Assembly: GCA_963835575.1 (NCBI GenBank)
Contig: CAWIGG010000004.1
Coordinates: forward strand, 96,001 to 160,000
Reading direction: 5' to 3'
Length of the DNA stretch: 64,000 bases
Source of the DNA: an uncultured Spirochaetota bacterium
GTDB lineage: Bacteria > Spirochaetota > Brevinematia > Brevinematales > JAOACQ01
Part shown: piece by piece, positions 9,054 to 19,228 of the stretch
Layout of the letters: every line of letters begins with the position of its first letter
Position numbering within the stretch: position 1 is the first letter of the stretch
Translations under genes and position numbers: made by a program
The notes under the pieces: model-generated
The model's database searches: none
Told to the model about the DNA's origin: nothing
Seen by the model: the letters and a program-made list of their open reading frames with translations, nothing else

Positions 9054-11891
9054 TTACCCCATATCCATCAAATCCCTCAGATCGTCCCATGTCATATTTT
9101 TAATGAAGGTATGGCTCTGGGTGACCAAGTTGTCAAACATATCTTTTTTATAGAATTGAAGCTTCTTGATCTTTTCCTCGATGGTGCCGGCTGTCAGCAG
9201 CCTGTAGACATGCACAACGCTCTTCTGGCCGATGCGGTGCACGCGGTCGATGGCCTGGTTTTCCACTGCCGGGTTCCACCATGGGTCGAACAGGATGACG
9301 GAATCGGCGCCGATGATGTTGAGGCCCGTTCCGCCGGCTTTTAAGGAGATGAGAAAGACCGGTATTTCCGAGGCGTTAAAATGCTCGACGAGCTCAAAGC
9401 GGTTTTTTGTCTGCCCGTCAATATAGGAATATTCGATATCTTCCTTTTTAAGCTCCAGGCGGATGATCTTGAGCATTTCCACGAACTGGCTGAAAACCGC
9501 GACGCGGTGGCCGCTGTCGATGGATTCGAGAATAAGCTCCATCAGGGCCTTGAGCTTGATCGAGATATCGGGAACGTCCAGCAGGCTCCTGTCAAATAGG
9601 CCCGGGTGCAGGCAGAGCTGGCGCAGGCGGGTGAGCGCCGCCAGGACATCGATGGCTGAACGTCCGATGGAACCGAACGCCTGCAGGGCCTGATAATTCT
9701 TTTTGACGGAAGAGAGCGTTTCCAGGTAAAGGGCTTTCTGTTTTTCCGTCAGCTCCAGAAGGATTTCCTGTTCTATCTTCCGGGGCAGTTCTTTTAAGAC
9801 GGTGTCTTTTGTACGGCGGAGTATAAAAGGCTTGACAAGGGCTTTCAGCTGACGCATCGCGGTATTCCTTTCCTCCGCATTAAAACTTGAGAGCGGGTTT
9901 TCAAAGCGTTTTTTAAAAGCGGGATGGCCGCCGAGAAAATCCGGCATCAGGAAATCAAAAATAGACCAGAGCTCCGTGATGGTATTTTCAACGGGCGTTC
10001 CCGTGAGCGCCAGCCTGTATCGCGACCGGATGCCCTTGATGCTGTGCGTCCGTTTGGCCTGCTTATTCTTGATATGCTGGGCCTCGTCTATAATACAGTA
10101 ATGAAAAAAGAACTCTTGATATTCCCTGTTGTCGGCATGGAGCAGGGGATAGGAAGTAATGGCCATGTCGTAATCCGGTATCTTTTTTATTTTTTCCAGT
10201 CTTTCCTTTTTTGTGCCGTCGATGATGATATATGAAAGGCCGTCCCCGATAAATTTCCTGATTTCATTGACCCAGTTGTAAACAAGAGCCGTCGGGCAGA
10301 CAATAAGCGAATAACCTGTCCCTTTTATAATAAGAAGAAAGGCAAGGACCTGGACTGTTTTTCCCAGGCCCATTTCATCGGCCAGTATTCCGCTGAACCC
10401 GGTCCGTTTAAGAAAATCCATCCAGTAGATCCCTGTTTTCTGATAAGAGCGCAGGAGACTGCCCGGATGCTCCGGAATGGGAATCTCCCTCAGCACTTTC
10501 CTGTTCTGTCCGGAGTATTCGATAAATTCGGAAAGACCCGTCAAATTTTCATTTATTTTAATATTCATACCGTCCTTTACAAGATACGGGAGGCGGAAGG
10601 GCTGGATGGAAAGCTCCTTATTTTCTTTCTGGAAATTCAAATCCTCCAGGAGCTGTTTGAGAGAACTGATTTCGCTCTGAGAGGGCGCGATGATCGCGTT
10701 GTCTTTTTCCAGAAAGCCCTGCCTGGCAAGCGCAGAAAGTTCGGCCAATGAGAGAACAATATCCCGCATCCTGTAGCGGAAATTCACTTCAAGCCAGTTT
10801 ATCCCGGCATAGCTTTTTCTGCCCGACGGCATGATTTCGACGCTTCTTTCATCGAAGTCTCCCGGCAGAAATTCAAGCTTTGAAGAATCCGTCCTTATCT
10901 CAATATACGGCATTACGGAAGGGAGGAATTTATGAAAGAGGGTTTCGCTGTCAGACGTGGCGATCTCATTTTTTTGAAACTCATTCAAAATCTCATAGAA
11001 TGAGTTTTTAACCGCCTCGGCGGTATGCTGAAGTTTTTCATAAAAAGGAGTGTCGGGCCTGGAAAGAAGAAGCCTGTTCTTGTCAACCGGGATAAGGATA
11101 TCTTCGCGGAGCAGGACGCTTTTTCTGACCTCGCTGAAATAGAGAGGGTGTTTAATACTGCTGTTGCCGGTTGAAGCAGAAATAAAAGCCTTTATTTGAA
11201 AGTCGGAAGGGTCCTTTCTGCTGAAATAAAAAAGTATTTTAGCGTCTGTTATTTCTATTATCTCGGGAATTTGAAAATGCCTGCCGAGAGTGTTTTTATC
11301 AAACCCGGAAGGTGAAGTCAGCCTCTTTTTCAAACCATACTCGGCGTGGATGCTGCCGGATTTAAAAAGTTCCCGCAGGATTTCCTGATTGAGAGTAAAC
11401 GGGACCGGATAAAGTGTTTTTTTATCTGTGATATAATTTTCATAAGAACTTTCAAAAAGATAAAAGCCTTCAATCCCCGGCAGATGAATATTCTCAAAGG
11501 AATCATCAAAGCCGATCTTTAACGGATAATAATTTTCCGACTTTTTCAGAATAAAACTTTCTCCGTCCAGTTTGAACAGGCATTGCATTTCAATCAGTTT
11601 CCTGAAAAAAAGAGTGTCGGCGGGCATCAGGATCGTGATTTCATTATTCTGCCTTTCGGCAATATTGAAGGAATAGGTTTTAAATAGAAGTATAAAATCC
11701 CTTGTTTCCGGGGAAAGGGAAGAAAAGTCTTCTATGATGTCAAAACCGAAAAATTCCCCCTGCATATTGAGGGAAAGGAGCCTTTCGGCCAGAGGATTTT
11801 CCGCCTGGATTGACACAACCATTCTGCTGATAAAGCGGCCTTCCGCCGTTAGCCCGGCGGAAACAGCGATGTCTGACCCGCTTTTCTGCAC
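9054..11891 (-). CDS. SNF2-family (SWI2/SNF2) helicase/ATPase
   Basis: LADEMGLGKT, DEAQHIKN, LTGTPVEN, FSQF, SLKAGGTGLN, DPWWNPAVENQAIDRVHRIGQ. Confidence 0.95.
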   Translation of the reverse strand: MQKSGSDIAVSAGLTAEGRFISRMVVSIQAENPLAERLLSLNMQGEFFGFDIIEDFSSLSPETRDFILLFKTYSFNIAERQNNEITILMPADTLFFRKLIEMQCLFKLDGESFILKKSENYYPLKIGFDDSFENIHLPGIEGFYLFESSYENYITDKKTLYPVPFTLNQEILRELFKSGSIHAEYGLKKRLTSPSGFDKNTLGRHFQIPEIIEITDAKILFYFSRKDPSDFQIKAFISASTGNSSIKHPLYFSEVRKSVLLREDILIPVDKNRLLLSRPDTPFYEKLQHTAEAVKNSFYEILNEFQKNEIATSDSETLFHKFLPSVMPYIEIRTDSSKLEFLPGDFDERSVEIMPSGRKSYAGINWLEVNFRYRMRDIVLSLAELSALARQGFLEKDNAIIAPSQSEISSLKQLLEDLNFQKENKELSIQPFRLPYLVKDGMNIKINENLTGLSEFIEYSGQNRKVLREIPIPEHPGSLLRSYQKTGIYWMDFLKRTGFSGILADEMGLGKTVQVLAFLLIIKGTGYSLIVCPTALVYNWVNEIRKFIGDGLSYIIIDGTKKERLEKIKKIPDYDMAITSYPLLHADNREYQEFFFHYCIIDEAQHIKNKQAKRTHSIKGIRSRYRLALTGTPVENTITELWSIFDFLMPDFLGGHPAFKKRFENPLSSFNAEERNTAMRQLKALVKPFILRRTKDTVLKELPRKIEQEILLELTEKQKALYLETLSSVKKNYQALQAFGSIGRSAIDVLAALTRLRQLCLHPGLFDRSLLDVPDISIKLKALMELILESIDSGHRVAVFSQFVEMLKIIRLELKKEDIEYSYIDGQTKNRFELVEHFNASEIPVFLISLKAGGTGLNIIGADSVILFDPWWNPAVENQAIDRVHRIGQKSVVHVYRLLTAGTIEEKIKKLQFYKKDMFDNLVTQSHTFIKNMTWDDLRDLMDMG

Positions 11892-12002
11892 TTTTACCCC
11901 CTAAAAAAATTGATGCCGTATAAAAATCATTTTTTAAGCAACTCTACATTATATCTGCCTTGACCGGCTATATCAAGGAATCAGGACAATTATTGAATTT
12001 AT

Positions 12003-13522
12003 GTAACTATCCAGCCACTAAAAAATAGTCACATGAAATATTTGCATTGAGCATGAAACCATGCTATTCTATAGCATGAATGAAGATAGAAGAGAAAAAG
12101 ACTGTGCGGCCTGCTTAAAACGATTTGAAGGCATCATTGCTGATTTACAAAACCAGATAAAGGAGCAGGGTTTAATCATTCAAAGACAAGCGGAAAAGAT
12201 TAAGAAATTGGAAGAACAGCTTAATAAGGACAGCCATAACAGCAATAAACCGCCGTCTTCCGATAATCCATTCCAAAATACAGTAAAGAATTTACGGAAA
12301 AAGAGCGGTAAAAAACAAGGCGGCCAGTTTGGACATAAGGGAAATACTCTGAAGAAAGTAGAAAGCCCTGATAAGATCATAGAACATCAGGTTGAAAAAT
12401 GTTCCTGTTGTGGAATTGATTTAAGTTCCGAATCAGTTAAGCGGACGGAAAGAAGGCAGGTGTTCGATATACCTCCGATAAAAGTGGAAGTTACCGAACA
12501 TCGCTCGGAAGTAAAAGATTGTCCGCATTGCGGTGCGAGAGTAACGGCGGAGTTTCCGGAAGGCATAACCAATAAGGCACAGTATGGAAAAAACATTAAA
12601 GCGCATCTGGTCTATATGAAAACATATGGGTTGATACCCTATGAAAGGCTTTCGGAATACGCCGAATGTTTATTGGGAGTGCCGCTCAGCAAGGCAACGA
12701 TTGAAGGATTTATCCGGGAGACCTACAATAAATTAGAAGAGTATGAACAGAAAGTCATAGAACTGATACTAAAAGAAGTGGTTCTTCACTGTGATGAAAC
12801 CGGTATTCGGATAAAAGGGTTATTAAAATGGCTCCATGTTGCCTCGAATGAACGTTTTACCTATTATTTTTCTCATGACAAACGCGGCACAGAGGCGATG
12901 CGTGCGATGGACATTCTCACAAGATTTACCGGTATTATTATCCACGATGGATGGAAAAGTTATCTGGAATTCTTATGCCGTCATGGATTGTGTAATGTAC
13001 ACCATTTGAGAGAGCTAATCTGGATACATGAGGAAATGGGTCAGGAATGGGCTAAGGAGATGGGTAATCTTCTTATAAGGATTAAGAATGATAAAGAGGC
13101 AAGTTTTCCAATACCGGCGGAAAGGATTATAGAATATGATACGGAATATGACCGGATCATCGCGAAAGGATTTGCTGTAAATCCAACGCCTGAAAAGCCG
13201 GAAGGACTTGTTAAACGCGGCAGAAAAAAGCGGGGCAAGGTTTTATGCCTATTAGACCGATTAAGAAAATATAAAGAATCTGTCCTTTTATTTATGCGGG
13301 AAAAAGATGTTCCATTCAGCAACAATTTGGCGGAACGGGATATCAGAATGATAAAAGTCCAGCAGAAAATATCAGGTACATTCAGAAGCTGGAATGGAGC
13401 GGCTGCCTTTTGCAGAATCAGGGGTTATATATCTACAGTAAAAAAGATGGGCGTCAGTGTTTATCAAGCCCTTATTGACGCGTTGAACGGCTCCGCTATT
13501 AAATATGCGGCTGGATAGTTAC
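12003..13522 (+). mobile_element. IS66-family insertion sequence (single-ORF type)
   Basis: TIRs GTAACTATCCAGCC (12003-12016) / GGCTGGATAGTTAC (13509-13522); 8-bp target duplication GAATTTAT (11995-12002 and 13523-13530). Confidence 0.95.
12061..13518 (+). CDS. IS66 transposase
   Basis: NSNKPPSSD, zinc finger, HCDETG, HDGW, CNVHHLREL, FSNNLAERDIRMIKVQQKISG; start may be ATG 12076. Confidence 0.95.
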   Translation: MLFYSMNEDRREKDCAACLKRFEGIIADLQNQIKEQGLIIQRQAEKIKKLEEQLNKDSHNSNKPPSSDNPFQNTVKNLRKKSGKKQGGQFGHKGNTLKKVESPDKIIEHQVEKCSCCGIDLSSESVKRTERRQVFDIPPIKVEVTEHRSEVKDCPHCGARVTAEFPEGITNKAQYGKNIKAHLVYMKTYGLIPYERLSEYAECLLGVPLSKATIEGFIRETYNKLEEYEQKVIELILKEVVLHCDETGIRIKGLLKWLHVASNERFTYYFSHDKRGTEAMRAMDILTRFTGIIIHDGWKSYLEFLCRHGLCNVHHLRELIWIHEEMGQEWAKEMGNLLIRIKNDKEASFPIPAERIIEYDTEYDRIIAKGFAVNPTPEKPEGLVKRGRKKRGKVLCLLDRLRKYKESVLLFMREKDVPFSNNLAERDIRMIKVQQKISGTFRSWNGAAAFCRIRGYISTVKKMGVSVYQALIDALNGSAIKYAAG

Positions 13523-13740
13523 GAATTTATAATTATTTTTAATCTTTTTTTTATCCGCAAATTATATGAGTGGTCCGTCCTTATAAAACCTTAAAAGACT
13601 TCATGAATATTGGTTAAAAAGGCGGAAATGGTGTAAAATTACTTCCGGGAAATAGTAAGGCGCATGGATGCATTTAAACATGAAAATGAAATCCAGAGGG
13701 AAATAAAAACAGGCGATGACAGCAGAGGGTATTTTAAAGT

Positions 13741-16467
13741 ATGAACCGTTATAAATTGAGGCTGAAATTTCTCCGGCAGATATGTTTACTGATTCTGTTG
13801 ACTCCGGCTTTATTCCAGCCGCTCTATTCTTTGAGTATGTACGGCAGCCTGTATGATCCCGGCAGGGAGTTATTTACCATACAGACCCGGTACTTTGATA
13901 TCATCTATCCGGCGCAGTCGCGGAATTCAGCCTGTTACCTGGCTTCTTTCGCGGATGAAACCTATGAAAGGATCCATGCCCTTCTCGAGTCGAAGCATCC
14001 CGACCATATTACGGTCGTCATTACCCCCGATGCCGAAATACAGAACGGGATGTTCTCGCCGCTTCCCTATTCGCATATCATTATTATGGATTACCAGAGC
14101 CAGGCGGGACTTTTTAACGAAAAGGAATACCTGAAGGACGAGTTTACCCATGAACTGACGCACGCGGTTTCACTGAATATCAGGAGCGGTTTTTATGAGG
14201 GTTTCTCGGCGGTTTTCGGGAACTGGAGCCCGAACTACAGCATGCCGCTTTTTATGGATGAGGGGGCCGCGGTCAGCTTTGAAAGCCTGAACGGATGCGG
14301 GAGGGTGAACGACCCGGCTGCCCGGGAAGAGATCCGGCAGGACATCCTGGAAAACTCCTTCAAAGACCCGGCGATGGCCGACGGCGACTTTGACGACTAT
14401 CCCTACGGATATATCTATTACCATTACGGCGGATTATTCAACCATTACCTGCAGGCCGAATACGGCATGCATGCCTATGCGGACCTCTGGAAGGAAAACG
14501 GCGGGGCGCTGCCGTTTACCCTCATCTTCAATTTTGAAAAAGTTTACAGCAATTCTTTTTACAAAGAATGGGTAAAGTTTAAAGATTCCATCGCATTAAA
14601 GGCGCCGGTTGAAACCAATACGAATATCCTCTCGCCGGTCATGCAGTGGAGAAGGGAGATCGATTCCAGCGTCTTTGCGAACGGAAAAATTTATTTCAGC
14701 AACGGTGGGGCCAGAAGGATCAGTGTTTATGATATGGACAGTAAAAAATATTACTATCTTCTGGAAACAATGGCCGATCTCAGCATTTCGGAAAAAGGGG
14801 ATATCCTGTACCTGACTTCAGAAACCAAAGAGAACGAGGTGATCAAATCCCGGACGCAGGAATATAACATCAGGGAAAGAAAATTCAGCGGCAGGCAATG
14901 GAAGAAGCTGGGCAGTATCGCCCGGATGGGCGGCGGGATCGCCGCGGTCAGGGCGGACGGTCACAAAATGGACCTGGTTTATATCCATGACAATGGAGAA
15001 GAAGAAGTTATCCTCCGGGGCGGGGAATCTGTCAGTTTTGACAGCCTGGCAAAGTTGAATGATAAGGAAATTGTTTTTATTCTGTTTGAGCAGGGCAGGA
15101 GAAAAATCGCGTTTTATAATTTTGAAACAAGGCAGGTTTCTGTACTGGACGCCGCCGCGGATTATATCCGGGACCTCGCCGTTTATGAGGGTAAAATCGT
15201 ATTTGTTTGCAATAACGACGACACCCTCTACAAAATGGGAATAGCGGACAGCGGGAAACTCTACCTTCAGACAAACCTGGTCTACGGCGGCGTGTTTTCA
15301 CCCTTTATTTACAGGGACAGGATTTATTACAGGGGGAAATTCTCCACCGGGGATGTGTTTCTCCCGTACCCCTGTCAGCTGACCAACTGGAACGGCAGTA
15401 TCACCAATTATTCCCTCAAGGCCTGGCAGATGCCGGCCGAAACGGCGGAAACCGCTCCTCCGGATTTGCGGGAAAAGCCTTATAACGGCCTGCCGTACCT
15501 TCTGCCGCGGATGTGGGCGCCCTATGCCACGGTAAGCGGAAGCAGTTTCATCCCTGACAGCGTCGGCATTTATACCATGATGTGGGACCCGGTTTACCAG
15601 AATATATTCACTATCTATTCCACTTTTAATTATATGAAATATTTTGCCAACGCCTGGGGAAAATGGGAGAATTCGGCCCTCCCGGTCAACTTCAGCTTGA
15701 ACCCGTATGACCTGCTGCTCTACTTTTCCGGAGTCAACAGCTATGTCAGGCAGAGCGGGGTCAATATCGACCTGAACCACACCTTTTACTTTGCGCCCTA
15801 TTATTTTTATTACATCACCCTTGGGCTGGGGGCATCCTATTTCCAGATCGCGCCGGATGATAAAAAAGGTTCTCCCTATGCCTGGAAGTACTATTATGAA
15901 TCGCTCGTGCTGTCGGCCTATACAAAATTCCTGTTTTCATCGGATTATATTCCTACCTATGAAATCAACAATAGAAATAATGCCGTTTATCTGGATTATT
16001 TTCCCGGGAAGTCTGTTTATAAAGCCGAGGCCAATATCAATTATTATCCGTTTATTATAAATGCCGGATTGAAGCTGTACGGCGCGTACAGTCCGTCAAA
16101 AATTTTCAATATGGCCTCTCAAAGCTTTTATTTCGGAGGGGACCATTATCCGGCCTATAACGAATACCGCTCATTGACGAACACATCCGGCTATTACCTC
16201 AGCGGCGAACTGAATTACCTGGTCTATTTATGGGAGATCCAGCAGGGGTTCTGGCTTCTGCCTTTCTATGTCCGCCGGCTGAACCTGATCGCCGGCTACC
16301 GGGCCGCTTACCTGGACGGTTCCTACTTTCATTCTCTCTTTGCCAGGCTTTACCTGGAAAACTCCCTCTTTTACGGCAAGTCCTATGGAAACGCTTACGT
16401 GGAAGGCACCTATGCCTTTAACACCGGCGGATGGGGGATTTTATTCAATGTGGAGTATGGGTTGTAA
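13741..16467 (+). CDS. Exported protein with gluzincin-like HExxH domain, propeller-like middle and probable C-terminal outer-membrane beta-barrel
   Basis: Signal peptide; FTHELTHAV plus MDEGAAV; aromatic-rich alternating C-terminal strands. Confidence 0.65.
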   Translation: MNRYKLRLKFLRQICLLILLTPALFQPLYSLSMYGSLYDPGRELFTIQTRYFDIIYPAQSRNSACYLASFADETYERIHALLESKHPDHITVVITPDAEIQNGMFSPLPYSHIIIMDYQSQAGLFNEKEYLKDEFTHELTHAVSLNIRSGFYEGFSAVFGNWSPNYSMPLFMDEGAAVSFESLNGCGRVNDPAAREEIRQDILENSFKDPAMADGDFDDYPYGYIYYHYGGLFNHYLQAEYGMHAYADLWKENGGALPFTLIFNFEKVYSNSFYKEWVKFKDSIALKAPVETNTNILSPVMQWRREIDSSVFANGKIYFSNGGARRISVYDMDSKKYYYLLETMADLSISEKGDILYLTSETKENEVIKSRTQEYNIRERKFSGRQWKKLGSIARMGGGIAAVRADGHKMDLVYIHDNGEEEVILRGGESVSFDSLAKLNDKEIVFILFEQGRRKIAFYNFETRQVSVLDAAADYIRDLAVYEGKIVFVCNNDDTLYKMGIADSGKLYLQTNLVYGGVFSPFIYRDRIYYRGKFSTGDVFLPYPCQLTNWNGSITNYSLKAWQMPAETAETAPPDLREKPYNGLPYLLPRMWAPYATVSGSSFIPDSVGIYTMMWDPVYQNIFTIYSTFNYMKYFANAWGKWENSALPVNFSLNPYDLLLYFSGVNSYVRQSGVNIDLNHTFYFAPYYFYYITLGLGASYFQIAPDDKKGSPYAWKYYYESLVLSAYTKFLFSSDYIPTYEINNRNNAVYLDYFPGKSVYKAEANINYYPFIINAGLKLYGAYSPSKIFNMASQSFYFGGDHYPAYNEYRSLTNTSGYYLSGELNYLVYLWEIQQGFWLLPFYVRRLNLIAGYRAAYLDGSYFHSLFARLYLENSLFYGKSYGNAYVEGTYAFNTGGWGILFNVEYGL

Positions 16468-16498
16468 TGTGATCAGAACTCGAAGGATAAAACCGGAT

Positions 16499-16529
16499 CT
16501 TCCGCTAAGCCACGCGAATTCACGCCAAT
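16499..16529 (+). repeat. Family A repeat (left boundary of protease cassette)
   Basis: CTTCCGCTAAGCCACGCGAATTCACGCCAAT; inverted copy at 18139-18168. Confidence 0.85.
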
Positions 16530-16653
16530 AATTTTTATTCCCATATTTGTAAGCCGAATAAGCAAATTTGATTATTTTCTTGATTTATTTTATTTTTAAC
16601 TATTGAAAAATATCGATTTAGTATTATAATTATATTAAAAATAGGAGGTTTTT

Positions 16654-17826
16654 ATGAGTTTATTGGGTGAATATATTAATAAAAAAATGGGCCCAATGGA
16701 ACTTGAAAATGAATTATTACAATTGATCAATCTTTATAATAGCAAAACAAATTCTTTTTTGTTTGTTTATGCGGCTTCATTTACAAAAAATATTCCTGAT
16801 ATTCCTATCAATATGGATGATTATTTCATAATAAGCGATATCTTGAAATCTACAAACTCAGAAAAACTAGATTTTTATGTTGAATCTCCTGGAGGTAGTG
16901 GTGAAACTGTAGAAGAAATCGTAGAATGTATCAGATCAAAATTTAAAGATGTTAATTTTGTTGTTTCTGGAGAAGCAAAAAGTGCGGGTACAATATTAGT
17001 TTTATCTGGAAATGAAATATCAATAACAGATTCAGGCAGCCTTGGACCCATCGACGCTCAAATTAAAATAGGCAGAGGAGTAGTATCAGCCTACGATTAT
17101 ATGGAATGGGTTGATGAAAAAAGAAAGGAAGCAAGCAAAAATTTAAAACTCAATCCTTTTGATGCTACAATTATCGCACAAATAAGTCCAGGTGAATTAA
17201 ATGGTGTCGACCAAGCTCTTAATTTTGCTACTGATCTTATTAAGGACTGGCTTCCAAAATATAAATTTCGTGATTGGAATAAAACAGAAACTAAAGGAAA
17301 GACAGTTACTGGAAAAATGAAAAAAACAAGAGCATCTTATATTGCTAATGAGTTAGTTAATCATTCAAAATGGAGAAGTCATGGCCGTTCACTTAAAATA
17401 GATGATTTAAAAAATTTATTGAAAATCAATAGGATAGACGATGATCCTAAATTAGCGGAAATAGTATATCGAATCCAAACAGTCATAAAGTTATTGTTTC
17501 AATTAACTTCTATTTATAAAATATTTGCAACGGCCACAGAAAAAATATTCCGAAGTGCAGTGTCTCAAAATCAGGCAAGTAGTTTAATGCCAAAACCCAA
17601 AAAAATTGATGCTATAGAGTTAGAGGTTAAATGTCCTCAATGCGGTCAATCACACGAACTATACGGTAAAGTTAAAAATGATCCGAAAATAGATATGGAC
17701 TTTAAAAATAAGGGAAAAAAGCCTATTGTTGGACAGGATAAAATAATTTGTTCTTGTGGATTTGCTATAGATATAATAGGTATAAGAAATGATCTTGAAA
17801 ATAAAACCGGAGCAAAATTTGTCTAA
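16654..17826 (+). CDS. ClpP/SppA-class (SDH_sah-like) serine protease with C-terminal zinc ribbon
   Basis: ESPGGS, AKSAGT, LGPIDAQ, WRSHGRSL motifs; CPQC...CSC; AGGAGG RBS; visibly AT-rich relative to flanks. Confidence 0.85.
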   Translation: MSLLGEYINKKMGPMELENELLQLINLYNSKTNSFLFVYAASFTKNIPDIPINMDDYFIISDILKSTNSEKLDFYVESPGGSGETVEEIVECIRSKFKDVNFVVSGEAKSAGTILVLSGNEISITDSGSLGPIDAQIKIGRGVVSAYDYMEWVDEKRKEASKNLKLNPFDATIIAQISPGELNGVDQALNFATDLIKDWLPKYKFRDWNKTETKGKTVTGKMKKTRASYIANELVNHSKWRSHGRSLKIDDLKNLLKINRIDDDPKLAEIVYRIQTVIKLLFQLTSIYKIFATATEKIFRSAVSQNQASSLMPKPKKIDAIELEVKCPQCGQSHELYGKVKNDPKIDMDFKNKGKKPIVGQDKIICSCGFAIDIIGIRNDLENKTGAKFV

Positions 17827-17876
17827 ATATTAGTGAAATATTATAATATAAGGCTTTTTTTTATATTGGAGGAAAT

Positions 17877-18065
17877 ATGAGTACGGTTTTATTAAATAAG
17901 GAAACCTCTCAAAACACAGATCTCAAAGCCATGATTAAATTTCTTAAGATTACTAAAGAAGGTGGCTATTCAGAGATTGAACAGTCTTCGCTCGATTATT
18001 CTCGATCAAATTATGTGCCTGAAACTATTGATACTGAAGAGAGCTTTTTCTATAGCTTATCTTAA
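17877..18065 (+). CDS. Small 62-aa peptide with acidic Ser/Tyr-rich C-terminus
   Basis: GGAGGA RBS; same AT-rich cassette as the protease. Confidence 0.6.
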   Translation: MSTVLLNKETSQNTDLKAMIKFLKITKEGGYSEIEQSSLDYSRSNYVPETIDTEESFFYSLS

Positions 18066-18138
18066 TTTTATACCTTTAAAAACTCTCAAAATTACCCTAA
18101 ACAAGAAATATCTTCCCGCCTCTTCCTGTTAATTTTCA

Positions 18139-18168
18139 ATTCGCGTCCCTTCGCGTGGCTTAGCGGAA
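18139..18168 (-). repeat. Family A repeat (right boundary of protease cassette)
   Basis: Reverse complement TTCCGCTAAGCCACGCGAAGGGACGCGAAT; 19-bp perfect match to 16500-16518. Confidence 0.85.
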
Positions 18169-18187
18169 AACCCAATTCCAGTAATTT

Positions 18188-19075
18188 TCACGCATGCGGA
18201 TGGAACTTATCATAGCTTTCCTTCAGTTTTTCGATGGTCAGGTGAGTATAGACCTGCGTTGTGGAAAGGCTTTCATGCCCCAATATCTCCTGGATGACCC
18301 TTATGCCGGCGCCGTTCTGGAGCATATGCGTGGCGAAAGTGTGCCGCAGGGTATGGGGAGAGATGTGCTTCTGTATGGAAAGTTCATGGATGTACCGGTT
18401 GATGATATAGCGCACCATCCTGTCCTGAATTCTATGGCCGCTTTTTGTGAGGAACAGAGCCTCCCTGTCGCCCTTCGGCGCGTCCAGGTCCCTCCGGTAA
18501 TTCAGGTATTTAATGAGCATTTGCCTGGCTGTATTCCCCGTTGGGACCATCCTCTGTTTTGAGCCTTTACCTATAACTGACAGGATTCCTTCTTTAAAGT
18601 CGATGTCTTTCATATTAAGCCCGGTCAGTTCGGAAATCCTGAGGCCGCTCGCGTATAAAAGCATGACCATGGTTTTATTACGGACCGAAAGCGCGTCTGT
18701 TTCCGGTATTGAAGAAATCAGGCTGATGACCTCCCCTTTTTCTAAAATGGAAGGAAGCCTTTTTTCTTTTTTCGGGGATGAGATAAGCGAGGCGGGATTT
18801 TTTTCTATCGCGTCAATCTTTCCCAGGTATTTGAAAAATGATTTGAGAGAGGCGACTTTCCGCTCGATTGAAGAAGCCTTGAGCCCGCTTTTTCCCAGGT
18901 CCGCAATATAAAGATGAAGGATTTTATAGGAAATGGACTCCAGGCTCCGGATGTTCTGCCTGGAAAGAAAAGCCAGGAAATCGACGAAATCATTTTTATA
19001 CGATTCGATCGTATGGACGGAATAGCCTTTTTCATAACGGATATAGTTGAGAAACTGGTCTATTAACTTTTCCAT
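18188..19075 (-). CDS. xerC: Tyrosine recombinase XerC/XerD
   Basis: N-terminal SAM-like domain, LYASGLRISEL, GKGSKQR, HTLRHTFATH, LGHESLSTTQVYT, C-terminal HPHA; XerC versus XerD not separable by eye. Confidence 0.85.
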   Translation of the reverse strand: MEKLIDQFLNYIRYEKGYSVHTIESYKNDFVDFLAFLSRQNIRSLESISYKILHLYIADLGKSGLKASSIERKVASLKSFFKYLGKIDAIEKNPASLISSPKKEKRLPSILEKGEVISLISSIPETDALSVRNKTMVMLLYASGLRISELTGLNMKDIDFKEGILSVIGKGSKQRMVPTGNTARQMLIKYLNYRRDLDAPKGDREALFLTKSGHRIQDRMVRYIINRYIHELSIQKHISPHTLRHTFATHMLQNGAGIRVIQEILGHESLSTTQVYTHLTIEKLKESYDKFHPHA

Positions 19076-19167
19076 AATTATTTCCCGCCGGCCGTATATT
19101 TAATTCTCGGTATTTTTAATTGAAATAGTATCCGCATGAAGGCTATCCTTGCATTTTAATATAAGAA

Positions 19168-19228
19168 GCCGTCATTGCGAGTGCCCGGCTTTTTCTTCGC
19201 CGATGGACTTAATACGAAGCAATCTGTC
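19168..19228. repeat. Family B palindromic element, half copy
   Basis: GCCGTCATTGCGAG...CGAAGCAATCTGTC abutting the tatB stop codon. Confidence 0.8.

Noticed and set aside
17877..18065. RiPP precursor peptide
   Set aside because: No modifying enzyme or transporter in the cassette; kept only as a possible protease partner
16499..19075. Integron (tyrosine recombinase beside a gene cassette)
   Set aside because: The recombinase has XerC/D length and C-terminus with no IntI-specific insertion, and the repeats lack attC RYYYAAC/GTTRRRY cores
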